From Balanoglossus misakiensis (taxonomy: Eukaryota; Animalia; Hemichordata): a stretch of 64,000 nt of DNA. The notes under the pieces are model-generated. The model made no database searches and was not told the DNA's origin. It saw nothing but the letters and a program-made list of their open reading frames with translations. This document shows, in pieces, positions 28,401-40,825 of this stretch. Position 1 is the stretch's first letter. Each line of letters begins with the position of its first letter. Location of the stretch: positions 2,266,044-2,330,043 of the forward strand of contig CM082588.2 in the NCBI GenBank assembly GCA_040954595.2, read 5' to 3'. The translations under genes were made by a program, and so were the position numbers.

Positions 28401-31400
28401 CCGCCGCAGTCGCCGAGTGCGGTCGCCGTGAGTCAGCAACAGGCAGCACTACTACAGCAGCAACAGGCTGCGGCGGCCCTGCAACAACAACAGCAGCAAC
28501 AAGCCCAGGCCACCGCAGCAGCCCTGGCACATCAGCAGGCCATGCTGCAGCAGCAACAACAGCAGCAGTACAACCAGCAGATCTTTCAAGGGGTTTCACA
28601 GCAACACATGCATTTAGTAGAACAAGCAGCATTGCAGCAGCATACACATGAACAGTACAGTGACGACGTGTGGATGATTAATGAAGAGCAACGCGAGTAT
28701 TACACTAAACAATTCAAAACCTTACAGCCAGACATTACTGGTCTTATTCAAGGTAAGCATCTGGTGATATTAAGCATGCATGTATCAATACTATGTCTGC
28801 TGCTAAACATTGCCTTAGAAGCACCAAAGGCTTTTTTTAATCTTGAGCTTTTGTCCTCCACAGGTGGTACAGCAAGGGAGTTTTTTCAGAAGTCTAAATT
28901 GTCTTTTCAAGAATTATCACACATTTGGTAAGAAGGTGTCTCATAAATATATATCTATTGCCATGTCAAAATCACCAAACTCCTCGGGATTCGGGTTCTG
29001 AAAATTGAATGTTTGCCAGCAGCTCTGTCGTAAACTTGGACATGGTGCAATGACATGAGTGTTTTGCTAATCACTTGTATAAAGAATTTGAAGTATTTCA
29101 ACAAAAACTGTCACTGGTAACCCTAACCATTTGTACTTGGTACCACAAACAGGCAATTATCAGATGTGAACAAGGATGGTGCTCTATCGATTGAAGAATT
29201 CTTAACGGCAATGCACTTGGTGGTGTTGCGGAAGCATGATATTGAATTGCCAGACGTACTGCCAGGATGCCTAATGCCAAAAATGGCCGGGCCACCTACA
29301 GAAGGTAAAAAAGATTCTTGAGTTTTCTTTGAGCGTTTGCATAATAGCTTTATTTTGTCTGTAATAATATAGTCCTCATATCTACTGTTGAGAGAAAGTG
29401 TGTGAACATAGACTTGTCAAAACATCTACACCCATGATGGTTGCATAAATACAGGAAAAAAACTTGAATCAATATATAAGTGAGTTTCTTAGCTGTATAC
29501 CCAAATATATTGAGACTGGTTGGTCAAGCAATACCACCATTGTAATAAACCCATTGACTCTCTCTCCCTCCTAAAAGTTGCCAAGTCTTGATGTAAAAAG
29601 CAACATGCATCGTGCAGCAAACTTTCTTTTTGTTTGGCGAATGTCAAAATACAAAGCTGTGTAATGCATAATGTTCAAGACTCATAGTCATAGCCACATG
29701 GCTGAAATTAACTGTCATAGTTTGTGCCAATCCCTCAATCCTGTTTTCAAAAGTAGAATTTGACTTACAAACCAGAAACTAGGGATGGCAGGGTTAAATC
29801 CCCCCTCCCCATCATCTAACCCAACATATGTACTCACATGTCGAATATCTGCCACTTGACTTTTGCCTCATCTTTTCTTCCGTCGTGCTCTTTGGCCAAT
29901 CATCATGCAGTGTTGGTGCATATTGATGAGTCGGATGCCCAACCAACGCCACCACAAATAATCATAATATCTTCAGGTGACACCACATACTTACTCATAA
30001 ATGTTCATCTGCTCTCACCAAAAGCAAAAAAAAAGAGAAAAGAAAATAAAGCCTGTGCTGTGATCCCGCTTTTAATGCTTTGTGAATTCTGCAGGCAACG
30101 GCAGAGTGCATGCACATCCCTGCTACCCTTCCACCCCTTTTATCTGTACATTAGCCCAGTCATTCAAAGGGAGATTTGGGTTAAACCACCTTTCAGGGGT
30201 GTGAAAAAGGTATTAACCTTGCTGTCCCCTACTACCCCCAGGGCAAGTTCATTGCAGCTATATTTGATTAGTGTGTGGCGTGCATGTTGTGTGTTTCTTA
30301 CCTCCAGTGCCGTCAATTCCTGTGTTTGTGAATTCTCTGCTCCAGTGTGATGTTTCCAGTATTCATTTTCAACGTATTTCAGATACGCATATAATGAATG
30401 TTGTTTACTCAATACATATATGTTTTATTTTGTACTCGAATTTGATCAATTCAACTAAAATTTCCTGTATACAGAATTACTTTCCTGGTTTCTGCTTCCA
30501 ATATAAAGTCTGATTTGCACAACGAGATACACAAGGGTCCCTGGCACGCACAGCACCATGTGCAGACAGTTTACTGCCAGGGCATCACATGTTCCTACAG
30601 CAACAAACCAGCATTATCCATGTTTTTCTTATCCACAGATCCCTTCAGTAATGCCCCCTGCCCGACCACACCCACTCACCCAGTGCCAGCATCACCGGCT
30701 GCCAAGACACCCCCGGCCCAGTGGGTCGACCAGCAACAACAGTTGCAGCATCAACAACAACAACAACAACAGCAGCAGCAGCAGCAACAACAGGGTGATG
30801 TAAGTTGCAGTACAGCGTTTAATCTTTGATATGATTTGTAGGACTAAGTCAACCATTCCTACTATTTTGTTGAAAAAGACCTGAGCATTATAATCTGGAT
30901 TTAATAAATTAATCAATAACAGTTTTGATAGAAAGAACCATATGGGTTCATAAGAAGCATGGTGCCTTGTATATGCTGCACATAGCATGCGTTCTGCTTG
31001 GCTATTGTTGTAAAATAAATGCCCGACTAAAGATAGATGTGCTCTTTGCATGGAGACCACTAGAGGATTTTTCATAAAAGGTGAAAAATCAAGTTCTACT
31101 TTCTGCATTTTACGGTCGTTGTAGGGCTCCACAGAGCCAGACTCATTCATGGAACATCTACTAAAATCCAAGACCTAATCTCTCATTCCATGACAGTAGT
31201 GTTACCCACCAAGTGGGTAGATTCCATAATCGTACAGCCAGTCATTCTATGAGCGTAGTGTAGTTTTCCCCACGGCAGACACCCATTACACATCTGGTGG
31301 CATGGTTTGCTCAGGTAGCAGATGTACAATGTACCAATGATTGACATGTGCGCGGAATGATTGACGTTTATCTCTCGTTTTTGATCTTGTCGACAGCAAC

Positions 31401-34400
31401 AGTGGGCTACATTCTCTGATCACGGTTCCCCACCTGCCTTGCCACCATCCCCATCATCACAGTCACCAGCTAACTTTGATTTTGCCTCCATCTCACCAGA
31501 TCCCGTAAGTCATCTAGTTTCATCTCAAAAAGAAAAATCCAAGCTGTGAAGCAAGTGCATTAACTGTAATGCATGTCTGAAATTGGAGCATCTTGTATAG
31601 TGCATGGATCACTGAATTGAGAGGCATGACCAAAACAGCTGATTTTTATTTTTCATCTACTAACATGATTTAGAAATCGTGCGATAAGTCCATGTATTGA
31701 GCATGGCTGTTCGGCATGTGCCATGCAATATACTTGCATGGCTCACTAAATTTTGCAAAGTCTGCTGAAAACAAACTTCTTGTTTGTCAGGTAACTTAAA
31801 TTATGATTTCCAAATTTTGTGACAAATCTTTCTGATATTCTGCAAAGATCAATGAATCCATTGCATTCTGGGTGATCAGCGGTTCTGTCTCACAAAAATA
31901 TCAGTGAACATATTCAATCATATGATCCAGTTTACATGTGGGTTCTTGTTGCTGCTGCTTCAGAGCTTGGATACAAGTGTTCTTTGTGATAGTTTTCATC
32001 ACGTCATATTTTGTGTGTGTATACACGTGTCCAGTGAAAATCATTCAGTGTTACAGTACAGATCAAAACTATGTTTCCAATTGTGTCGGCTGAGGAAACT
32101 GATGTTAGCACAGGCTTTCAGTATACATGCTATAATACTCATATTTTTGCCATATTTTCAACTGAATTATTATTAAACTTGATGTCACAATATTGCAATT
32201 TCACAGGAAGGGAAGATTGTTCAACCAATTCCACTGAGGATGTCTCCTGATGGTCAACCTTTACCTCCAGAGTATGCAGACAGTAAAGATTCTCTGAGGC
32301 CAAGAACATTTTCAGGTAAAAAAAACAGTGGTGTTTTGGATGAAGGATTTGAATGGCCAACTTTTCCAAATGGTTGTCAATCACAGATCATGTCAAAGTC
32401 ACTCTCTGTCAGTGTCAATGTCAAAGTCAATGTCTTCCATGTACGTTTTCTACCCAGATCCTGGAACAGGTGTTGGCATGCCAGACGATGACCTTAGTCG
32501 CGGCCCCAATGACCTTCCCATACTGAGTCCCAGCAAGCAGAGATCACTGACAGATGCTGACACCTCGGAGCAGCAGAAACCGGCCAAACTGCCACCTCCA
32601 CCGGCCAAGGATAAACGTAGCAAGTCTATCACCACAACACTCACAGGTACTGTGCAAGAACCATGACCCTGCTGTGGTGTTTTCGGTTCAGGTCCCGACC
32701 TCTGTGTCAACTGGGCATGTGCAATATCCAAGGTGTCAAATACTACAGACTGGTGTATTCCTGATGGTCGGGCTATGTGTTTGCCAACTGGTAGAACTTG
32801 GACAATTCAAGGCTGTCTGGTTCGTTAGTGTATCTAGGGTATCTGCAAACAAGGTTTTTAGTCTCAAATTTTTGGTCATTTATTGGTCTTGTTGAATGGT
32901 TGGAGTATACACAGGTCCAGGAGAAACCAGACTAACAGCATTGAGAGTGTCCACTAGAATTGCCAGTGCAGTGTGCGTAGCTTGGTACTCTTTTTGTCAG
33001 CTGGTGGTGAACTGTCTGTCTTTTCAAAAGTAACTCTCAGCATAAGATTTTCTCATCGCAAAGGGTGGGGTGAACAGGTTATGAAAGGAGGGTGACTGTG
33101 CGTGGCTGCATAAGCAGGGAAGTCAGGAAGATGGAAGGGTCCAAATGGAAGGGAGGTTGTTAAAATCAGGCACCATGAACACAGACTAATTCCATTGTCA
33201 TGGAGGTGTCAGTAATGTCCAAGTAAGGTGATGGGCTTGTTGACTACTAGCACTTGATTACATAGACTAATCCATTGCATTGGATGTACTCTTGAATGTC
33301 GTACTCGCAGTCGGGTGGTCTAACTACATTACAGTCTTGAAAATTTAGTCGTTAATAAGGGTTGGTGATGGTGCTGTAACTCAGAAAGTCGTCCATGTTG
33401 GGTGAAACCATTACTAAGAAGGGGCTAACAGCCTTTGTAAATTTTGGGGGTGATGGACTACTTATTAACCATTTACAGGTATGACAGTAAGTATTATTAA
33501 CCCTTCTCCACAGCTGGTAAGACCGTGGATAACCAAGTGGCCTCGTCATCATCGTCGGCACAAAAACATATCATCCCACCACCTCCATCAGCGCCCGCCA
33601 CTCCCACTTCAGTGAAACCATCCCATCCTCACGCATTGTTGAGGTCCAGACCCAGGTAACACAGAAAACAAAAGTGTTAAAAATAAAAAACAAAAGTTTA
33701 AAAAATGAACAATGTTTGACTGCACTAAAATGTCCTTTGTTGTAAATTGTGTGTCTCCTGAAATAAAAAAATATTTGTTGCTTTTTGTTTTGTTTTTAAG
33801 CATAAATATTGCAGTTTATTTAATTTAATGTTTATATTTTTTGATGACACAGCACGGATGAAGCATTGCTTAGGTACATGCAAGTTTTAAAAATTATTAT
33901 TTGCTATTTTTTAAATGGAGTTATTTTTTTCTGCATGCAAATAGAATTATAGTAGTGTATGCATGGTTCAGTAGATCAAGAAAAATTAATGTTTGGGTTT
34001 TATGGTCACACCATTTCTCAACCATGGTTTGGTCCAATTTCACTGTTTCTTGCGGTAAAGTTGGACCTGTGTACGAGGAAATAGGGGTGAAAGGGTTGCG
34101 CTCTTTCTTTTTGTGTGTCTGTGTGCATGGTGTATTTGTGCCCATGTGTGCCAGTCTTTCAGTGTTAACCTGCCTGCTAACAAAATGCATGATGCATTCT
34201 TCACTATAACGCTAACATATCATTTTGCTGCATTTTATTTTGTTGATGTCTTCATGTTTCCCCACCTTCCCTGCCACGCAGATCACATTCTAGCACAGCC
34301 TCCATGCCACTGTCCAGAAAAACGGCTGCCATCAGCGCGTCGTCTTCAGAGCGGCAAGACAAACAGCCCCCAACCAAGAAGCTGGAGCCCCCTCCTCCTC

Positions 34401-36809
34401 TGCCCCCTCCGCGGAAGTTGACTCATGCTAGGTCGTCCTCCCTCGATCTTAGCAAATTGTCCCTGCAAGGAGGGGACAGTATTCCTGGTAAGAAATTAAA
34501 GATGAGAGGGGGCGGGGGTGGGAAATGAAGTGATAATTTGGGCATCAGGATACGTACAGGAGTTTTAGCCACCTGGACAATGTGGAATATTTTGATTGAG
34601 AGAGGATGCTGTATTGTAGCATAAATAAAAGTCGATATGGTTAATGGTTTGTCCCAATGTTGATTGTGATATCAACAGACTTTGGTTGCTTTAATATGGG
34701 TCTGTGAAATCTGGTTTTTGTGTTTTATCTATTCACTGTACCGAAATGTTCAATACGGTCAAGATGTGTTAGTAATATGTGTGTCTCAGATTTAATGATG
34801 AGAGATTTACGTGTACTGTACATGTTGATGTTTGTGTATCTTACCGGGTATGTCCTCTGCATGATCTCTACATCCTGGTATTTTGTTGTTATGGACCATT
34901 GATAATTGCTGGTTCTATTCATTGAATTCCGTACTGGATTGCAATTATAACCCTTGTATTTTTTGACCTCAGTTCTTGAAAATAACCGGAAGAATGCCTG
35001 GACATTTCTGGAAGTTAGACGAACTTTGAATCTTGTAACCTTGAATTTTTGTGTACACATGCACATATTTATCATTGTGATTTGGTTTGATTTGATTCAT
35101 TTTGGCCTATATATTGTCAAAAATTTCATTGGTTTCCAGAAAATATAGTTCATGAAGACATGTGTATGAAGGTATGTGTATGTAATGTCAACTAAAAAAA
35201 TGATACATGATGTTTCACTTGTAGACAATACAGAAAAGATGTCAGTTCCTCACAGGCCCAGTGTTCCACCAAGAACAGGAGGGCAAGGGGTGAGTATTAT
35301 ATGCACGTCAGTTTGTGTTGTGATGCGAAGTGATCCAATATGGCTGCCAGGTGGCGGCCATTTTGTTATGATATTTTTCAAGTCCTTCTCTCAGACATAC
35401 CTGGATCAATTTCATTCAAAGTTGGTATGAAGCTTGGTCCCAAAGTAGACATGGTCTTCATGCTGTGCACGATATGTTTTATATTAAACCAATGATTTTT
35501 TAAAACCATCATTACAGAGCGGGAAAGCACATCTTGTGAGTCAACAGAGCGAGCCAGCTTTAGCAAACAATGCCTCACAGGGACCAGGTGACCAGCCAGA
35601 TGGTACTGATCTACAAGATTTTGCTGATTTCAGTAAATTTGAAAAAATGACGGCAGATTCACCCAAATCAAGACAAAGGCCATCGCCGGACTCTGCACAC
35701 AGAAGAGCAATGTCGCTTGATTATAAAAAAGTTGTAAGTATTGTGACAGACGTGATAGTAACATCGAGACATTTTCAAGCATTTCATGCAGACTGTTGCT
35801 GACATAGGAGCATAATAACTGTAAATGATGTCCATATTTTTCAGAGATCTTTAGAAGATTGTAAGTTAGCACCTCCACCAAGGCCTGCTGAACCAGCGAG
35901 TAAGTTCACATTTTGTATTGTAAAATTGCTTCAGTAGTGTACATGGAATCAATACACACCACATTGAAACTGACAACCATCTGGTTCTACTTGCCAGAAA
36001 TATACCTCAATAGAGGTGAAATGTTATGTGTTTGTTTTCTTTCTTCAGAGGGAAGTACGGAGAAAGCAGAAGAAGTCAGTTCGGAGATGAAAGCCCAGCC
36101 GACCAAGAGAAGGGTAAGTTTGAACCACACATGTATCATGGATGCTTCCAATATGTGCGTATGACTTTTGAAATAGGCAGGATCTGCAAGTCACAACAAA
36201 CTTTGAAACAATGTTTTCGGTGTCCCTCCACAGGCACCTTCTCCACCATCGGCCAGTAAAGGACGCCACCTATCAGGGGACGAGTTGCAATCAGAAAGCA
36301 AGGAAGATTTCACTAAAGAGAGGAAAAGGCATGCATCAGCTCCACCAATACCCATTACCCAGTAAGTTGAAGATACTGACTTCTTTTCAGTTATGTATCT
36401 GTGTTCAAAGTTGAATCCAAAGTATACTACATTATAGTGGAAGTAGACTGGTTCAGCTATTGTATAAAGAACTGTTTCTGTAAAAGTTTGTATACATCTA
36501 AGTTGTAACATACATGTTAAGTGCTAAGTACCACTGGTCCAATACACACAAGTTCTGTTGATACGAGCCTCGATCAAAGGTTGCAGATGTTCTGGTCATT
36601 CGCATAAAATGTCCCTGTGTCTTTGTTATTTCAGGCCAGTCGGTCCACGTGAGAAGAAGACCATCCAGGCATCGATACGAAATGCTAAAGATAGGAACAC
36701 CATGCTCAACCGTGTCAGCAATGAACTTCAACAAGAACTCAAACAGATCATGGAAGAACGTGTGGCTTTAGAGCTACAACTCGAACATCTCAAACCATTC
36801 AACAATTAA
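22475..36809 (+). CDS. REPS1: RalBP1-associated Eps-homology domain protein (REPS1/REPS2 family), about 22 exons
   Basis: Exons 22475-22624, 23841-24012, 24216-24300, 26487-26589, 26756-26884, 27743-27971, 28210-28752, 28864-28927, 29153-29304, (29911-29976), 30639-30799, 31397-31504, 32207-32315, 32458-32646, 33514-33655, 34282-34487, 35225-35289, 35518-35733, 35845-35899, 36049-36113, 36234-36361, 36635-36809; phases consistent throughout. N-terminal EH-like domain (MEGLKL...[21 protein letters not shown]), second EH domain (WMINEEQREYY...IWQLSDVNKDGAL), HARSSSLD, FADF, and a C-terminal coiled coil (IQASIR...ERVALELQLEHLKPF). The central low-complexity exons are less certain. Confidence 0.9.
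27071..27193. repeat. Degenerate intronic tandem repeat of about 42 bp, about 3 copies
   Basis: A CTTTTTRTCA..AA.CT.G.GG....ATG core recurs at about 27071, 27116 and 27158. Confidence 0.55.
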
Positions 36810-37023
36810 TTTATAAAAGAATTCTTTTTTTCTGCCAAAACCAGCATTAACTATATCCACCCAATGCCCCTTTCATACTTTTTTCCCCGAGAGAAGTGAA
36901 ATGTAAGGTATCTGTAGCATTCAAAGTGCAAAAAGTGTTCTTTTTTCAATGGGTATTCTTTGGGTTTCTTTAGCTATTGTGGACAGATGTGGTGAATATT
37001 GCAAACTCAGTTTACTTAGGGAG

Positions 37024-37099
37024 ATGCTGGTTGCTTGGTTACAGAGGTGATATTGGTTGCTTGGTTGCAGAGGTGATACTGGTTGCTTGGTTACAGAGA
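37024..37099. repeat. 26-bp minisatellite x3 in the REPS 3' UTR
   Basis: GGTTGCTTGGTTRCAGAG starts at 37029, 37055 and 37081. Confidence 0.85.
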
Positions 37100-38549
37100 A
37101 CAATGACGATGGTTAGTCTGCTACAATAATAAAAGTGTACAGCATTTGAGTTTTCTGTTGGTGTTCAGTTTCTAGTCAGTATGTTGCAGACAGACATGAA
37201 CATTGATATCAAATGTTGCAGATAACTGTGGTACATAAACATTGTTGCCAAACGTACACCTCCATCTTTCACCAGTCAAACCGAAGGAGGCAGAGAACTG
37301 GTGTTGTACTGATAGTTGCTGATTTTGTGCTTAAAATGTTGTGCCAAGATAGCAGTTTGCATCAGATGAGATTTTTATATATATATTAACATAGATCATA
37401 CGGGGAATAGCTTTAATATGAAACAATTACATTAGGTTGTTTCTAAGCTCCTATAGAAGAATCACAATATAAATGCATGCAGCAATTTTATATGAACTGT
37501 GTACCAAATCATGTACTAGCTGTGAATGAACTTAACGCACAGATACTCTCGTAAAAATGTCATAATTTACATAAATTGGAAGATTTGTAAGTTTGAACGA
37601 CAGCGTTAAATTTATGCAAAGTAGGGGAATTCCATTTCTGAGTGGCCTAAGGAGCATTTTCCATTGTTATGCAGATATTGTAGTTCCTCGGAGTGAGAAC
37701 AGAACTTTCCAATGAACTGCACTATCTTTAATACATTCGTAAGTCAGTACCCAGAGAATATGTATCAGGGTGGCTCCTAAAACCCAAAGAGCTGTATTGG
37801 TCATATTTACTACGATTTTAAATTTAAAAGCTTGTATTTTTTATAATTTAATGTGATGTTTTAGGTGGAGAAGACTTTTTATTGGTGCTCCATTGTTTTG
37901 CTTTGCAAATAGAATTTTTTTTGGTTTGTTGGGACTTCGGTTAGTTGCAAAAGTGTAGTTTGACATAGGGAAACACCAACTGTCACCAAAAGTCTCTTTA
38001 GTTGAAAAAATATGAACAATTTCATAATTATATTGGGCAGCTTGTATTTCATTACTTTATCACTGCCATTTCAAATTATCATTATAAATGAAAAAAAAAA
38101 GATAAAAAATGCCCAGCATATGAAATTTTAAAATATGGCCCATTTTGTCCCTACTGTGGCTGGACAGATCAAAAACCTGTTTATGTCTGTCACCATAGAT
38201 GGTATTATTTGCAAGTGGGAACATTGTATTTTTTATAGGAAAAGAAGGCAATGGAATGTAAATGTTCCAGTACAATTTTTAGTTCTGAAAACAAAGAAAG
38301 AAGGAGCTTGGTAGAAATAATCTTGTAATGAAGCTGCAACCCGACAGAAACTTGAAAACCATCATAAAGTCGACCAAGCAGCAGTGTGCTCCTATGAATT
38401 ATGTTTTTTTGTTGTTCTCCAGTGATTTACCGAATTATATAACTGCCTTAGACACCAAGCAATAGTGCATCTCCAGTCAGCCATCTTGAACAGCAACCAT
38501 TCTTTTGCTCGCCATAGACATAGACAGAAGCAAAACTTGTCCGTTCTCT

Positions 38550-38590
38550 GGTGATTTGATTTTGTCATGAGGTGATTTGATTTTGTCATG
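38550..38590. repeat. 21-bp tandem duplication
   Basis: GGTGATTTGATTTTGTCATG at 38550 and 38571. Confidence 0.8.
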
Positions 38591-38633
38591 CAGTGGCTGG
38601 TGCTTTGCTGAAGGTGAATTTTCTTTCATGGGG

Positions 38634-38718
38634 AACCCTTTCACCCCCTCTTTTCCCTACATAGCTCCACCCGCACTTGAGCCATTGACAGTTATGAGAC
38701 TGTGGGGGTGTGAAAGGT
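38634..38718. mobile_element. Short degenerate inverted-repeat element (piggyBac-like end family, dispersed)
   Basis: AACCCTTTCACCCC...GGGGTGTGAAAGGT. A related end GGGGTGAAAGGGTT(AA) also occurs at about 23512-23527 and 34084-34097. Confidence 0.4.
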
Positions 38719-39118
38719 CATTGAAGTAGATCTGGCGAGATTTTTGAAATATTTTGTTTGTGTTGCATGTCATTTTTTTTTTGCTCACTGGAGCTGTTGG
38801 AAACTCAGTCTTGATACCACAAGCAAATACTGCATGTTGACTTTTTTGTCAGTTCATTCATCCTGCATTAAAGGTGAATATACTGACATATCTGCAGAAA
38901 CTCTATTAAGGTGGGAAAGTGCACAATAGCGACGATTATGCTGGAGAGGATCTTACTGGGAAGGGTGGGATTTTGCATGCTACCTTCCTTAATACAATTA
39001 TGGATATTGAAGTAATCTATATGTATGCTAATGTTTATTTACTGAATAAACACATTATACAAAGTAGATATGCCTCTTTGGTGTTTTAATAGAGTGCAGT
39101 ACATTGACCTTACTTTAA

Positions 39119-39778
39119 AAGGACAAAGTCTCTCTCTTGCTGCCCTTTTCCTATTAAGTATGTTTGATACAAGACACCATTGATTTTAAGTACATGTGAA
39201 TACATGTTTATAGTGAATCAACATTCAACCACAAACAACTTCCATCCTGCATATAGATGTGAGAGTAAAAATCTCGCCAAAATGAATAAATGGTAAACAC
39301 TGATTCATTTTTGGCTACTTTAGATTATTCATTTCTTGCCGAAAATAATTTTTCATTTACTCATTAAATTCGGGGGGAGGGGATGGGGGTCTTTTCAAAA
39401 TTGTCTTAAAATTAAGACTTTCAAAATGGCCGCCAAATTTGAGATTCAAAATGGCCGCCTATACCTGTGCTTAGTCTATGGCATTCAAAATGGCCGCCAA
39501 ATTTAGTGACTTTGAAAATCTCTATGGTAAACATTATGTAGAAATTTTACTCATAGTTCAACCACACACACCTTCCATCCCACTTGTAGACGCGAGAGCA
39601 AAATGAATATTCGGTGTTTACCATTTATTCATTTTGGCGAGATTTTTACTCTCATATCCTACAAACGTGATGGTTGAATGTTGATTCACTATATATCCAC
39701 ATGTGCATTAGCATAGCCAGAGTAGTGAATCAAACATAATAAATGGGAAAAGAAGAGTGAGAGAGAGACTTTGTCCCT
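39119..39778. mobile_element. 660-bp fold-back MITE, Kolobok-type, with long inverted arms
   Basis: TTAA at 39115-39118 and 39779-39782. Termini ARGGACAAAGTCTCTCTC are inverted. Internal inverted blocks: ATAGTGAATCAACATTCAACCA (39210 and 39671) and GAGAGTAAAAATCTCGCCAAAATGAATAAATGGTAAACAC (39261 and 39614). Confidence 0.85.
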
Positions 39779-40825
39779 TTAATGAAAGTTCTACTAGAGA
39801 TTGCTTATTTCAGCTGTAAAACGCTAGGATGGGAGAAGGTTGCATGAAGAAGACGTATTCAGTTTATGGGTTTGGATGTTGAGCGGATTAAAAATCTGCA
39901 GCCACAATACAAGAAACACTGTAGCCCTATTCTTGGATATATTTATTTTGAAGATACCGTGAAAATAAAAGTGATAAAATCGTCATTTTTTAGCGAGTGC
40001 AGTGACCCTTTTACCCCAAAGTTTGTGTTGGTGTGTGATGGCGCCCCCATGCGACAACCTGGGGAGGATGTTAAAGTGGTGACAGTATTGCAAAACCTGA
40101 CAACGTAGCCCGTTTAATTATTTCACATATTTTGTGAGAGCAAGGAATTCTCGTGGAGGTAAGCAATGTTTATCATATTAAGTGTTTGCTCAACAATCTC
40201 CGAAAGCCACGATACACCTTCACCAAATCGTAATCAGCAATATTTGGCGGGCGTATATTTGCAAAATGGCTGCCTGCTCGCCAATGGGCAGAACCCCTTC
40301 GTTGTTGTAAAATAGGACGGCGTATACGTCTGCTACATGTCTTTTTAGAAACATGTATGGTTTCTATGTGCCCAGTATGAACCATGGTCATATAACAGAG
40401 GCTTGTAATAGTTAAAGTGAACTTTTTAACGTTCTCAACTGTAATATTTTTGGAAATATCGTCGTTTTCTGGTACGGAGACAGTCGGCCATATTGGATAT
40501 GTGGTTGGTTGCCAACTGTGAGCAGGCAGCCATATTTTGTGCGCGTACTCACGTCTATGCGCTTGAAATTTTAAAATCACATCATTTAAAAATTGTATTT
40601 CATGAGTTAAAGAATGAGTTACAAACTCAATGGAGCATTCTTTGATGGGAAACAAAGCAAAACCACAAGTATAAACATGTACACATTGTCATGTAGTAAG
40701 CAGCTTGTGACAGTCATGTGACAGTCACATGGTATTAAAATACTACACTCTGATAATTAATGTTTGTGTTTTGTCTTTTATTCAACAGGATTATACAATA
40801 TTTGGAAAATAATTGTTCATAAAAT

